Source: Lachnospiraceae bacterium (lineage in GTDB: Bacteria; Bacillota; Clostridia; Lachnospirales; Lachnospiraceae). From it: a stretch of 64,000 nt of DNA. Made by a program: the position numbers and the translations under genes. Below, piece by piece: positions 1 through 9,488 of this stretch. Below the pieces are notes generated by a model that saw only the letters and a program-made list of their open reading frames with translations, was not told the origin of the DNA and ran no database searches. Positions within the stretch are counted from its first letter, which is position 1. Each line of letters begins with the position of its first letter. The stretch spans positions 20,062 through 84,061 of the forward strand of contig JAFTGN010000095.1 of assembly GCA_017457865.1 (NCBI GenBank). Direction: 5' to 3'.

Positions 1-299
1 TCCCGCCCGATCCTACTAAAAGGGTTCTATCAGGAAATGGTTCTGCTTTTGCAAACCCATATTCCACATGAAATACCGCTTTGTTCAGATGGGTACTCCA
101 AGGTCAGTTCAGTCTCTTCCTGTACTGTCTCACACCAGCCGACAGCTCTCTGATACATTCCAATCCCTACTACTCCTTATCAACGTAACTGCATTATGAT
201 GATACGAATGCATGCTTCCTGACCAGACAGGTTCCATTCCTGCCTAAAACCGGAAAAACATGAAACGTAACATAAATTTTAGCATATTTCACCGATTTG

Positions 300-1307
300 T
301 CAAGCGTTGGAACAAATCTTTTCCGGGATTCTTCGTACCGAATGTGGTTTGTTCTGCTCTGTCTGCCTGTTCTCCTGTTGATTCCGATACTGTTCCTGTA
401 TGGAGATCAGCTGTGCCTCAAATACCTGCCGGTTCCGCACATCCAGGGTGGCCAGCAGGATGCTCATAAACACAGACAGCATAGCCGCCAGTACACCAAT
501 GCCGCTGACGATCAGAGTAGGAAAGCGAGCCACCAAACCTGTCTGCACGTATTCTGTCATCACCGGCACAAACAACACTGCCGAAACCAAAAACAGAATC
601 AGTCCGATAACAGTGAAGAAGTGCAGTGGTTTATAGTTGGTATACAGCTTGAAAATGGTTCCGAGCACCTTCCTGCCATCTGAAAAAGTATTCAGCTTGG
701 ATTCGCTTCCCTCCGGCCGGTCACGATACTGAATGATCACATGTTCCACCTGCATCTTTTTGTGTACGGCATGAATGGTCATCTCCGTTTCAATCTCAAA
801 TCCACAGGACAGCACAGGAAATGACTTCACAAACAGATAACTGAACGCCCGATAGCCGGTCATAATGTCCCGTATATCGCTGTGAAACAGGTGGTTGATG
901 AAATACCGTACCATGGAATTGCCGCTGTTGTGAAAGGTTCTTCTGTTCTCTGTAAAATACGTAGAGGACAGTCGATCTCCTACCACCATATCCGCATGTC
1001 GCTCCAGCACCCGTTCCACCATCTCTCTGGCAGATTCTGCCGGATAGGTATCATCCCCATCTACCATCAGATACGCTTCTGCATCAATCTCCCGAAACAT
1101 CCGGCGGATCACATTCCCCTTGCCCTGCTGGTATTCCTTACGCACCACCGCCCCTGCTGCTTCTGCCAGATCTGCTGTCTGGTCTGTAGAATTATTATCA
1201 TATACATAAATAGTAGCTTCTGGCAGTACCTGTCTAAAGTCCCGTACCACCTTTTCAATGGTTTTTCCCTCGTTGTAACATGGAATCAATACTGCAATTT
1301 TATCCAT
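300..1307 (-). CDS. GT2-family glycosyltransferase, GtrB/CsbB-like polyprenyl-phosphate sugar synthase (paralog 1)
   Basis: 335-aa ORF. N-terminal IAVLIPCYNE, YDNNSTD and VDGDDT (GT-A / DXD-type) motifs are followed by two predicted C-terminal TM helices. Its start overlaps the stop of the upstream membrane-protein gene by 8 bp. Confidence 0.8.
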   Translation of the reverse strand: MDKIAVLIPCYNEGKTIEKVVRDFRQVLPEATIYVYDNNSTDQTADLAEAAGAVVRKEYQQGKGNVIRRMFREIDAEAYLMVDGDDTYPAESAREMVERVLERHADMVVGDRLSSTYFTENRRTFHNSGNSMVRYFINHLFHSDIRDIMTGYRAFSYLFVKSFPVLSCGFEIETEMTIHAVHKKMQVEHVIIQYRDRPEGSESKLNTFSDGRKVLGTIFKLYTNYKPLHFFTVIGLILFLVSAVLFVPVMTEYVQTGLVARFPTLIVSGIGVLAAMLSVFMSILLATLDVRNRQVFEAQLISIQEQYRNQQENRQTEQNKPHSVRRIPEKICSNA

Positions 1308-3024
1308 AGATTTTCACTCCCTCACTTCCCCACAGAATCCCCAACACCTCAAACAGCAAAATCATGGGATACACACCACTCAAATAAAAAGGTCCGATGG
1401 TAGGACAACAGCTGATGTGATTGTAGGAAATCCCCGCACAAAGTGCCAGAATGTTGCATCCCAGTGCAGTCAGAATCAGCCATTTTCTTCTCCGGAATTC
1501 CTGTTCCTCATGGCCCAGCATCTTTTTGATGATTTGTACCAGCCCAAACAGATAGCCGATGATGGCTGCTCCAAATGCCAGCGGACTGCCTACACGGTAA
1601 ACATCATGAATGGCATCTAACACAATCCAAAACTTCTGCTCAAATTTCACCTTATGTTCCGTTCCCATTTCCTCCGGTGCAATGGTAATGTTGTTGGTCA
1701 CTGCTTCGAACAGTGTAATGCCATCTTTCCCGTCTGACTCACTGGTGGCACTATTATCAAACTTAACGGCACAATCTCCATCAAAGCAAATGGCTACCTT
1801 ACTGCACTCTGCCAGTGCTTTCATCAGTCTGCCAAAATTCCCTTCTCTCCAGGGCGGCATCAGCGCAGATGGCATAGACCAGGTATGCGCCAGTGTGCCA
1901 TTGTCAAAGGCAGTCTGCAATTCTCCGGCCACCTGTCCCCAATAGGCATCTGCTTTTTGAGGAGATTCATAGTATCCTTTTTCTTCTGCCGCCATCCGCA
2001 GTACCCAGAAGAAATAACCATCTTCTACTTCTCCATCTTCTGTATGCCGGTCATAGGTAGAAAACAATGCCCCCCACTTGTCCAGTTGATCCTGAATCTC
2101 AGCCAACGATGGACTGTAGGCATATAATTGTTTCAATTTGGCCTGGGAAACCGAAACATATTCGATTTCCGGTGTATCCGTCTGTGCGGTATACATGGCC
2201 TGCAATGCCTTAGGAAAATTTCCCTGTCCCAGTTCATTGCTGACATACATACCATAGTAATGATAATTGACTGCCGAAATCATCCCGGTAGAAATCGGAA
2301 TCGCCAAAATCGGTGCAATCACCGAAATGCCTTTTCCCAGTTTTCCTTTCCATGACTTTGCAGACCGAAAGATTCCCACTGCCAGTACCACTGCAAACAC
2401 CACCAGGAATGGCAGGATCCAAAGGGCATCCTCTCTGGTGTGCCAGAAAAATGCCACAGAAAACGCCGCTCCCACAGTCCAGCCCCACCATTCCCGAAGT
2501 GGCTTCTTGTATCTGAGATAAATAGCAAAACAGCATGCCAGAATCAGCAGTACCTGGGATGGGGTCAGACTGTTTCGGTATACACGCTGTGTGGTATAAC
2601 TGATGGTTTCCGGATTGAACAGCAAAATCCCATACACCAGAATCCCCTGCCATGTTTTTTGTAACAAGGGACGCAGCGCAACAATCGTCAAAAGACAAGC
2701 ACCAATGTAAAACAGTGAAATGGCACTCAAATAAGAAAATCCAAATACCCTTGCCACTGCCAGAAATACCGGAAAGCCGATTCCCTTTACAAACGTGTTG
2801 CTGTTATACATCCCCAGCCATTCTCCACTCATCATCCAGTAAGTCAGATTCACCATCAATCGGTCATCATAACTTGCTGTGGTCAATGCATACACCGGCA
2901 AACTCACTGCCAGTGCATGTTTGCACCATCCAAACAGAAATGCTGCAATTCCAAACCATTTCCAGGAAAACTGTACCACATTCCTTTCTTTGTCCTTTTC
3001 CTTTGTACTTCCCTCTCGCCACAT
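1300..3024 (-). CDS. Polytopic membrane protein, putative GT-C-type glycosyltransferase partner (paralog 1 of 3)
   Basis: Long ORF with many hydrophobic helices at both ends and a central soluble block of about 200 aa. Conserved FSWKWFGI..WCKHALAVSLP.YAL..ASYDDRLMVNL block with an acidic pair after TM1. The track ORF opens at a TTG at 3054. I prefer the ATG at 3024, which is preceded by GGGAGATG. The family assignment is inference. Confidence 0.55.
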   Translation of the reverse strand: MWREGSTKEKDKERNVVQFSWKWFGIAAFLFGWCKHALAVSLPVYALTTASYDDRLMVNLTYWMMSGEWLGMYNSNTFVKGIGFPVFLAVARVFGFSYLSAISLFYIGACLLTIVALRPLLQKTWQGILVYGILLFNPETISYTTQRVYRNSLTPSQVLLILACCFAIYLRYKKPLREWWGWTVGAAFSVAFFWHTREDALWILPFLVVFAVVLAVGIFRSAKSWKGKLGKGISVIAPILAIPISTGMISAVNYHYYGMYVSNELGQGNFPKALQAMYTAQTDTPEIEYVSVSQAKLKQLYAYSPSLAEIQDQLDKWGALFSTYDRHTEDGEVEDGYFFWVLRMAAEEKGYYESPQKADAYWGQVAGELQTAFDNGTLAHTWSMPSALMPPWREGNFGRLMKALAECSKVAICFDGDCAVKFDNSATSESDGKDGITLFEAVTNNITIAPEEMGTEHKVKFEQKFWIVLDAIHDVYRVGSPLAFGAAIIGYLFGLVQIIKKMLGHEEQEFRRRKWLILTALGCNILALCAGISYNHISCCPTIGPFYLSGVYPMILLFEVLGILWGSEGVKIYG

Positions 3025-3190
3025 GTTGACATCTCCCACTCTCACTTTTTTCAAGTCTCATCATAGGATGCCCCTGAATGCTCCTTTCCATTCGTAACCA
3101 TTCCGTATCTTTATAAATCCAGGACTCCTACTTGATGACTTTCATTTTATAAGACGGAAATGGGAAGATTTGGTTACAAAATTTTCTGTC

Positions 3191-3227
3191 AAAAAAAGAA
3201 CCATCTGCTGCCAGATCGTTCTTTTTC
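3191..3227 (-). terminator. Intrinsic terminator (bidirectional hairpin) after GT2 paralog 2
   Basis: AGAACCATCTG / CAGATCGTTCT stem (11 bp, 1 mismatch) with a 4-nt loop. It is flanked by an A-run on the left and a T-run on the right, so the minus-strand transcript ends in a U-run. Confidence 0.5.
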
Positions 3228-3291
3228 ATATGTCCATATTTTGATTTCTGCGCGCAATGAGCCGGGAAAGACTGTTTGTTGATTCATTTGA

Positions 3292-4245
3292 TTAGAGTGT
3301 CTTCTCTAACTTCTCCGCAAACCGATCCTGAATCTGCACCAGCTGTGCCTCAAATACCTGTCGGTTTCGGATATCCATGGTAGAAAGCAAGATACCCACA
3401 AAAACAGACAACAGAGCCGCCAATGCGCCAATTCCGCTGACAATTAGCGTAGGGAACCGCTCTACCAATCCGGTTTTGAAATATGCAGTCAATACCGGTG
3501 CAAACAAAACCGCAGATATCAGAAATAATAGCAAACCAATGATCAGGAAGAAGTTCAAGGGTTTGTAGTTTGTATATAGTTTAAAAATTGTTCCCAATAC
3601 TTTCATCCCATCCGAATAGGTGTCCAGTTTCGATACACTTCCCTCCGGACGGTCACGATACTGGATGATCACATTCTCCACCTGCATTTTTTTATGTACT
3701 GCATGAATGGTCATCTCGGTTTCAATTTCAAATCCCCCTGACAGCACAGGAAATGACTTTACAAACAGATAGCTGAATGCCCGGTAGCCGGTCATAATGT
3801 CCCGTATGTCACTGTGAAACAGATGATTGATGAAATACCGCACCATAGAATTGCCGCTGTTGTGGAAAGGCCTTCTGTTCTCTGTAAAATACGTAGAGGA
3901 CAGTCGATCTCCTACCACCATGTCGGCATGACGTTCCAGTACATAATCTACCATTTCTCTGGCAGACTCTGCCGGATAGGTATCATCCCCGTCTACCATC
4001 AGATAGGCTTCTGCATCAATCTCCCGAAACATCCGGCGGATCACATTGCCTTTTCCCTGCTGGTATTCCTTACGCACCACTGCACCTGCTGCTTCTGCCA
4101 GACTGGCTGTCTGATCCGTGGAATTATTATCATATACATAAATGACGGCTTCCGGCAGTACCTTCCTAAAGTCTCGCACAACCTTTTCAATGGTCTTTTC
4201 TTCGTTATAGCATGGAATTAACACTGCTATTTTATCCATTTGCAC
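3292..4245 (-). CDS. GT2-family glycosyltransferase, GtrB/CsbB-like (paralog 2)
   Basis: 317-aa ORF nearly collinear with the 300-1307 product and carrying the same motifs and C-terminal TM pair. DNA identity to paralog 1 is roughly 85-90 percent by eye (not computed). Confidence 0.8.
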   Translation of the reverse strand: MQMDKIAVLIPCYNEEKTIEKVVRDFRKVLPEAVIYVYDNNSTDQTASLAEAAGAVVRKEYQQGKGNVIRRMFREIDAEAYLMVDGDDTYPAESAREMVDYVLERHADMVVGDRLSSTYFTENRRPFHNSGNSMVRYFINHLFHSDIRDIMTGYRAFSYLFVKSFPVLSGGFEIETEMTIHAVHKKMQVENVIIQYRDRPEGSVSKLDTYSDGMKVLGTIFKLYTNYKPLNFFLIIGLLLFLISAVLFAPVLTAYFKTGLVERFPTLIVSGIGALAALLSVFVGILLSTMDIRNRQVFEAQLVQIQDRFAEKLEKTL

Positions 4246-4273
4246 TCTCCCTCGATTCCCTGATTATTCTTCT

Positions 4274-4300
4274 ATAACTGTTCGACTTCTTCGCAGTTAT
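4274..4300. repeat. Short conserved hairpin (family B member): ATAACTG-13 nt-CAGTTAT
   Basis: Intergenic hairpin between the membrane-protein gene and GT2 paralog 2. It shares the ACTGTTCGAC...CAGT core with the hairpins at 11858-11884 and 14369-14395. Confidence 0.4.
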
Positions 4301-4334
4301 CTTCATCTTTACAGGTGACGACTCACCTGAACCC

Positions 4335-6083
4335 TTAATTTCTCTGAAACAATTGATACAGTTCTTTGCTTCCCCACAGAATCCCCAGCACTTCAAACAG
4401 CAAAATCATGGGATACACACCGCTTAAATAAAATGGTACGATGGTGGGACAACAGCTGATATGATTATAGGAAATGCCACAACAAAGAGCCAGAATATTG
4501 CATCCCAATCCAGTCAAAATCAACCATTTTCTTCTTTGTAATTCATTGTGTTCACTGTGCAGCATCCCTCTGATCGTCTGCACAAGACCAAACAGATACC
4601 CCATCACAGCAACTGCAAAAGCCAGCGGACTGAGCAGGCGATAACTATTATGAATGATCTCCAGCACACCCCAGAATTTTTGCTCATATCTGACCTTATA
4701 TTCTTTTCCAACCTCAGCTGGATCAATGGCAATATTATTGGTCACGGCTTCAAACAATGTCACCCCATCCGCTCCATCAGAGAATGCCTCCGCTCCATTG
4801 TTCAGTTTCACTGCACCACCATCTTCAAAACAAACAGCAGTCTTCATACTCTCCGCCAATGCCTGCATCAGTCTGCCAAAGTTTCCCTTTCGCCAGGGCG
4901 GCATCAGAGCCGATGGCATAGACCAGGTGTGACCCAGTGTACCATTGTCAAAAGCTGTTTGCAATTCCGAAGCAATCCTGCCAAAATAAGCATCTGCCTT
5001 TTGGGGAGATTCATAGTATCCTTTTTCCTCTGCTGCCATGCGCAGTACCCAGAAGAAGTAACCGTCTTCTACTTCCCCGTCTTCCGGATTCCGGTCATAG
5101 GTAGCAAACAACTGGCTCCATCCTGCCAGTTCATCCCGAATCTCTGCCAGGGACGGACTATATGTATACAATTGTTCCAATTTCGCCTGAGACACTGAAA
5201 CATATTCGATTTCCGGTGTATCGGTCTGTGCCGTATACATAGCCTGCAATGCTTTTGGAAAATTCCCCTGACCAAGCTCATTGCTGATATACATGCCATA
5301 ATGATGATAATTGACCGCTGAAATCATAGCGGTAGAAAGAGGAATGACCAAAATGGGCGCAATGACAGAAATGCTTTTTCCCAGCTTTTCTTTCCATGAC
5401 TTTGCAGAACCAAAGATTCCCACTGTCAATACCACTGCAAACACTACAAGAAATGGAGCGAGCCAAAGGGCATCCTCTCTCGTATGCCAGAAAAAAGCCA
5501 CCGATAACGCCGCTCCTACAGCCCATCCCCACCACTTTCTGACTGGCTGTCTGTATCTGAGATAGATGGCAAAACAGCACGCCAGAATCAGTAATACCTG
5601 AGAAGGAGTCAGACTGTTCCGATAGACACGCTGTGTGGTATAACTGATGGTTTCCGGATTGAACAGCAATACTCCATAAACCAGAATCCCCTGCCATGTT
5701 TTTTGCAACACAGGTCTCATGGCAATCACAATCAGGATACAGGCAATGATATAAAACAGGGAAATGGCACTTAAGTAGGAAAAACCAAACATTCTTGCCC
5801 CTGCCAGGAATACCGGAAATCCGATTCCTTTTACAAATGTATTGCTATTATAAGTCCCCAGCCATTCTCCATTCATCATCCAATAGGTCAGATTCACCAT
5901 CAAACGGTCATCAAATCCTGCTGTAGTCAATGCGTAAAGTGGCAAACTGACTGCCAGCGCATGCTTGCACCATCCCAAAAAGAATGCAATGATCCCAAAT
6001 CGTTTCCATGAAAATCTGTCCTGTGCGGTCTTTATGATTCGTCCTTCCCCTGCCTGAACATGCTTTTCCTTATGTTCCCTCAT
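4335..6083 (-). CDS. Polytopic membrane protein, putative GT-C-type glycosyltransferase partner (paralog 2 of 3)
   Basis: Paralog of the 1300-3024 product. The ATG at 6083 (MREHKEK) is preceded by AGGAAAAAGGGG. The longer track ORF (to 6194) would overlap the 3' end of the upstream paralog. Confidence 0.55.
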   Translation of the reverse strand: MREHKEKHVQAGEGRIIKTAQDRFSWKRFGIIAFFLGWCKHALAVSLPLYALTTAGFDDRLMVNLTYWMMNGEWLGTYNSNTFVKGIGFPVFLAGARMFGFSYLSAISLFYIIACILIVIAMRPVLQKTWQGILVYGVLLFNPETISYTTQRVYRNSLTPSQVLLILACCFAIYLRYRQPVRKWWGWAVGAALSVAFFWHTREDALWLAPFLVVFAVVLTVGIFGSAKSWKEKLGKSISVIAPILVIPLSTAMISAVNYHHYGMYISNELGQGNFPKALQAMYTAQTDTPEIEYVSVSQAKLEQLYTYSPSLAEIRDELAGWSQLFATYDRNPEDGEVEDGYFFWVLRMAAEEKGYYESPQKADAYFGRIASELQTAFDNGTLGHTWSMPSALMPPWRKGNFGRLMQALAESMKTAVCFEDGGAVKLNNGAEAFSDGADGVTLFEAVTNNIAIDPAEVGKEYKVRYEQKFWGVLEIIHNSYRLLSPLAFAVAVMGYLFGLVQTIRGMLHSEHNELQRRKWLILTGLGCNILALCCGISYNHISCCPTIVPFYLSGVYPMILLFEVLGILWGSKELYQLFQRN

Positions 6084-6111
6084 AACCCCTTTTTCCTCTG
6101 TATTTTCTGAT

Positions 6112-7815
6112 TTATTTATTCTTACGCTGTCGCAGCTCCTGTATTCCCCAAAGAAAAGCCAGCACTTCAAATAGCAAAAACATGGGGTATACACCGCTTA
6201 AGTAAAACGGTCCAATGGTAGGACAGCAGCTGATTTCATTATAAGAAATCCCTGCACAAAGTGCCAGCACATTACATGCCAGTGCCGTCAGGATCAGCCA
6301 TTTCTTCACCTGCATTTCCTGAACCGTATGCTGCAACGCCCCTCGAATCATCTGTACCATCAGTCCCATATAACAGATGACGGCCACTGCACATGCCAGT
6401 GGATTGATCTTTCGGTAAAGAACCAGAATCAAATCCTGTATGTTCCAGAACTTTTTCTCAATCTCCACCTTATATTCTTTCCCCACCTGATCCGGTGCAA
6501 CCGTAATGTTGTTGGTCACTGTCTCAAATAATGCAATGCCATCTGCTCCGTCAGACTGGGCCTCTGCACCATCATCCATCTTGACCACGCCTTCCCCATC
6601 AAAGGTAAGGGCAACCCGGTAACATTTCCCAAGGGCTGTCATCAGTCTGCCAAAATTGCCTTCTCTCCAGGGTGGCATCAGTGCAGATGGCATAGACCAG
6701 GTGTGCTCCAACGTGCCATTGTCAAAGGCAGTCTGCAATTCCTTTGCAATTCTGCCGAAGTACGCATCTGACATCTGGGGAGTTTCATAATACCCTTTGG
6801 TCTCCGCAGCCATCCGCAGAACCCAGAAGAAATATCCATCTTCCACCTCTCCGTCTGTTATATTACGGTCAACCTCTGCAAATACATCATACCATTCTTC
6901 TAATTCATCCCGCATCTCTGCAAGAGAAGGACTGTATTCGTACAATTTCTCTAACTTCTCACGGGAAACGGATACATATTGCAATTCCGGCGTATCGGTC
7001 TTCGCCACATACATGGCCTGCAAAGCCTTTGGGAAATTTCCCTGGCTCAACTCATTGCTGATATATACACCGTAATGATTGTAATTTACAAGCGAAATCA
7101 CAGCAGTGGAAAGGGGAATTGCCAAAATCGGTACAACCACAGAAATGGCTTTTCCAGGTTTCCCTTTGATCCCATCTGCATCTCTGCATATGCCAATCAC
7201 CAAAATTACAGCAAATAGCAACAAAAATGGGAGAATCCAGATGGCATCCTCTCTTGTATGCCAGAAAAATGCTACAGATAATGCTGCGCCTACAGCCCAG
7301 CCCCACCATTTTTTCAACGGCTGTTTATAGCGAAGATAAATGGCAAAACAGCACACAAGGATCAACAATACCTGTGATGGCGTAATGCTGTTTCGATACA
7401 CTCTCTGGGTAGTATAGCTGATGGTCTCCGGATTAAACAGCAGTACACCATACAGAAATATCCCCTGCCATGTCTTTTTCAAAACAGGCCGAAGGGCCAC
7501 AATCGTCAACAGACATGCCGCAATATAAAACAAGGAGATGGCGCTTAAATACGAAAAGCCAATAAACCTTGTAATTGCAAGAAACACCGGAAACCCAACA
7601 CCCTTTACAAACGTATTGCTGTTGTAAGTTCCCAGCCACTGCCCGTTCATGATCCAATAGGCCAGATTCACCATCAACCGGTCATCAAAACTGGCATCTG
7701 CCAGCGCATACACCGGCAGACTCACCGCCAATGCGTGTTTGCACCAGCTCAAACAAAATGCAACGATTCCAAACAGTTTCCAGGAAAATGTCCCGGAACA
7801 TGCCTTCTTTCCCAT
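6112..7815 (-). CDS. Polytopic membrane protein, putative GT-C-type glycosyltransferase partner (paralog 3 of 3)
   Basis: This is the most divergent paralog but keeps the same conserved N-terminal block (FSWKLFGI..WCKHALAVSLPVYAL.DASFDDRLMVNL). The ATG at 7815 (MGKKACS) is preceded by GGAAGAGGAG. The track extension to 7947 overlaps the ABC-F gene. Confidence 0.55.
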   Translation of the reverse strand: MGKKACSGTFSWKLFGIVAFCLSWCKHALAVSLPVYALADASFDDRLMVNLAYWIMNGQWLGTYNSNTFVKGVGFPVFLAITRFIGFSYLSAISLFYIAACLLTIVALRPVLKKTWQGIFLYGVLLFNPETISYTTQRVYRNSITPSQVLLILVCCFAIYLRYKQPLKKWWGWAVGAALSVAFFWHTREDAIWILPFLLLFAVILVIGICRDADGIKGKPGKAISVVVPILAIPLSTAVISLVNYNHYGVYISNELSQGNFPKALQAMYVAKTDTPELQYVSVSREKLEKLYEYSPSLAEMRDELEEWYDVFAEVDRNITDGEVEDGYFFWVLRMAAETKGYYETPQMSDAYFGRIAKELQTAFDNGTLEHTWSMPSALMPPWREGNFGRLMTALGKCYRVALTFDGEGVVKMDDGAEAQSDGADGIALFETVTNNITVAPDQVGKEYKVEIEKKFWNIQDLILVLYRKINPLACAVAVICYMGLMVQMIRGALQHTVQEMQVKKWLILTALACNVLALCAGISYNEISCCPTIGPFYLSGVYPMFLLFEVLAFLWGIQELRQRKNK

Positions 7816-7849
7816 AACCACTCCTCTTCCCTTTGTTTTTAACTTACAT

Positions 7850-7878
7850 ATTTTACCAAAGAACATAGGAAAAAGCAA
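7850..7878 (-). promoter_or_regulatory. Candidate sigma-A promoter for the membrane-protein/GT2 gene string
   Basis: On the minus strand: TTGCTT, 17 nt, TAAAT-type -10 (TAAAAT), about 35 nt upstream of the 7815 start. Confidence 0.35.
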
Positions 7879-7897
7879 GTACCCGACAACACACCGT

Positions 7898-9424
7898 TTA
7901 CAGTACAATTGTTCTGGTGGCAATCTTTTCTCTAAAATACACATCATGCTCTACAAACAGCATGGTAGGCTGAGCAGTCAACAGCAGTTTTTCAATCTGC
8001 ATACGGGAAAATACATCGATATAGTTCAATGGCTCATCCCAGATATACAAATGTGCCGGTGTCATCAGACTGGCGGCAAGAAGCACTTTTTTCTTTTGCC
8101 CTTCTGAATAATCCTCTATACTTTTGGCAAACTGAACCCGTTCCAAATCCAGCTGCCTTAAAATACTGCAAAACAGACTTTCCTCCAATCCCTGCTTCCT
8201 GCAAAATTCTGTGACCGTTCCCTGTAACATAGAAGTATCCTGATTCACATAGGAAATCACCAGACCAGACGCCAACTGGCAGCTGCCGGTCTCCAGAATG
8301 GGCAGTGCATCTGCCCCCATCCCTGCTTTTTCCAGAATCCGCTTCAAAAGGGTAGACTTTCCACATCCATTTGCACTACTGATGGCAATCCGCTCTCCCT
8401 GCTTCACTTCAAACGTCAAACCAGAAAACAAAGAGTTCTCTCCATCTGTATACTGCAATCCATAGTCTCTCACAGAAAGCAGGGTCTCTTTGTGATGACG
8501 CAATGGCATCAGTTTCAGATCAACGGGGTTTTCGATGTCCTGTAATAGCCCTTCTTTTTCCGCAATGGATGCTTCGATCCTGCGCTCGATCTGCTTCACA
8601 CGACTTTGCATTTTTTTCGTCTTGGCTCCAATATAGGCTCTGCTACTGATGGAGCGATCGTTTTCTTTGGCAGGGTCAAATCCAATCTTCGTTTGTTCAT
8701 TTTTGTCCGCCCATCTGGCGGCCCGTCCGGCAGCTTGTTTCAGTTTGCTGATTTCTTTCAGATGCTTCTCATTCTCTGCCTGCGAAAACTGATCCTGCCG
8801 TTGTTTATTCTCCCACCAGCTAGAGAAGTTACCGCTCTGTACCTGAATGGTTTTTCGGTTCAGAACCAACACATGATCGATACAGGCATCCAGCAAATCT
8901 CTGTCATGAGAGACCAGAATAAACCCGTTTTTCGATGCCAGATACGCCTTGACGATTTCTCTGGATGCCTGATCCAGATGATTGGTTGGCTCGTCAATGA
9001 GCAGAAAGTCCTGTTCCCCGGAAAACAACACTGCCAGCATCACCTTGGTCCGTTCCCCCGGACTGAGTGTCCCAAAGGGACGATACAACACTTCCGGGTC
9101 CACTTGCAGTTGTTCCAGTTCACACAGTACTCGCCACAATTCACATCCTGCTTTCCATTCCTCCATCCACTCTGCTGCCGGACGGGTCATCTGCCCTGCC
9201 GTCACTGGATAGGGAAAGTAATCAAAATAGGTGGAGGCACGAATAGAACCTTGGTATTCATACTTCCCCAGTAATAAATTTAAAAAAGTTGTTTTTCCTT
9301 TTCCATTTCGCCCGATCAATCCCAGCTTCCAGTTGGTATCAATGGAAAAAGAAGTCTGTTCAAATATATCATCAAAGCTTCCTTCATAACAGAAGGTCAG
9401 ATTGTTTACGCTGATTTGTGCCAT
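7898..9424 (-). CDS. ABC-F family ATPase, Lsa/ARE-like (candidate ribosomal-protection antibiotic-resistance protein)
   Basis: 508 aa, two ABC cassettes and no TM domain. The N-terminus NLTFCYEGSFDDIF...TNWKLGLIGRNGKGKTTFLNLLLGKYEYQGSI...YFDYFPY matches the pattern I recall for Lsa-type ABC-F proteins. Charged inter-domain linker. RBS GAAAGGAG. Confidence 0.7.
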   Translation of the reverse strand: MAQISVNNLTFCYEGSFDDIFEQTSFSIDTNWKLGLIGRNGKGKTTFLNLLLGKYEYQGSIRASTYFDYFPYPVTAGQMTRPAAEWMEEWKAGCELWRVLCELEQLQVDPEVLYRPFGTLSPGERTKVMLAVLFSGEQDFLLIDEPTNHLDQASREIVKAYLASKNGFILVSHDRDLLDACIDHVLVLNRKTIQVQSGNFSSWWENKQRQDQFSQAENEKHLKEISKLKQAAGRAARWADKNEQTKIGFDPAKENDRSISSRAYIGAKTKKMQSRVKQIERRIEASIAEKEGLLQDIENPVDLKLMPLRHHKETLLSVRDYGLQYTDGENSLFSGLTFEVKQGERIAISSANGCGKSTLLKRILEKAGMGADALPILETGSCQLASGLVISYVNQDTSMLQGTVTEFCRKQGLEESLFCSILRQLDLERVQFAKSIEDYSEGQKKKVLLAASLMTPAHLYIWDEPLNYIDVFSRMQIEKLLLTAQPTMLFVEHDVYFREKIATRTIVL

Positions 9425-9488
9425 GCATGAGTCTCCTTTCTAGTTGTCACCCCAAATAGGTACTTGTGAAACTCTGGCCCCTTTTCTG

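Noticed and set aside
30-158. 42-aa minus-strand ORF (MYQRAVGWCETVQEE...) at the window start.
   Set aside because: The AAGGAG lies about 14 nt from the ATG, which is too far. The ORF has no recognisable motif and is short, so it is probably non-coding or part of the context beyond the window.
882-1403. Plus-strand ORFs antisense to the GT2 and membrane-protein genes. The same applies to 3814-4221, 4548-5198, 6744-7075 and many others in the track.
   Set aside because: They are shadow ORFs opposite well-supported minus-strand genes. They have no RBS and no recognisable motifs, and they recur in each paralog only because the paralogs are similar.
6084-6194. Upstream extension of membrane paralog 2. 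A similar extension of paralog 3 covers 7816-7947.
   Set aside because: The extensions overlap the 3' end of the preceding gene and lack an RBS. The internal ATGs at 6083 and 7815 have strong RBSs and align with the paralog N-termini.
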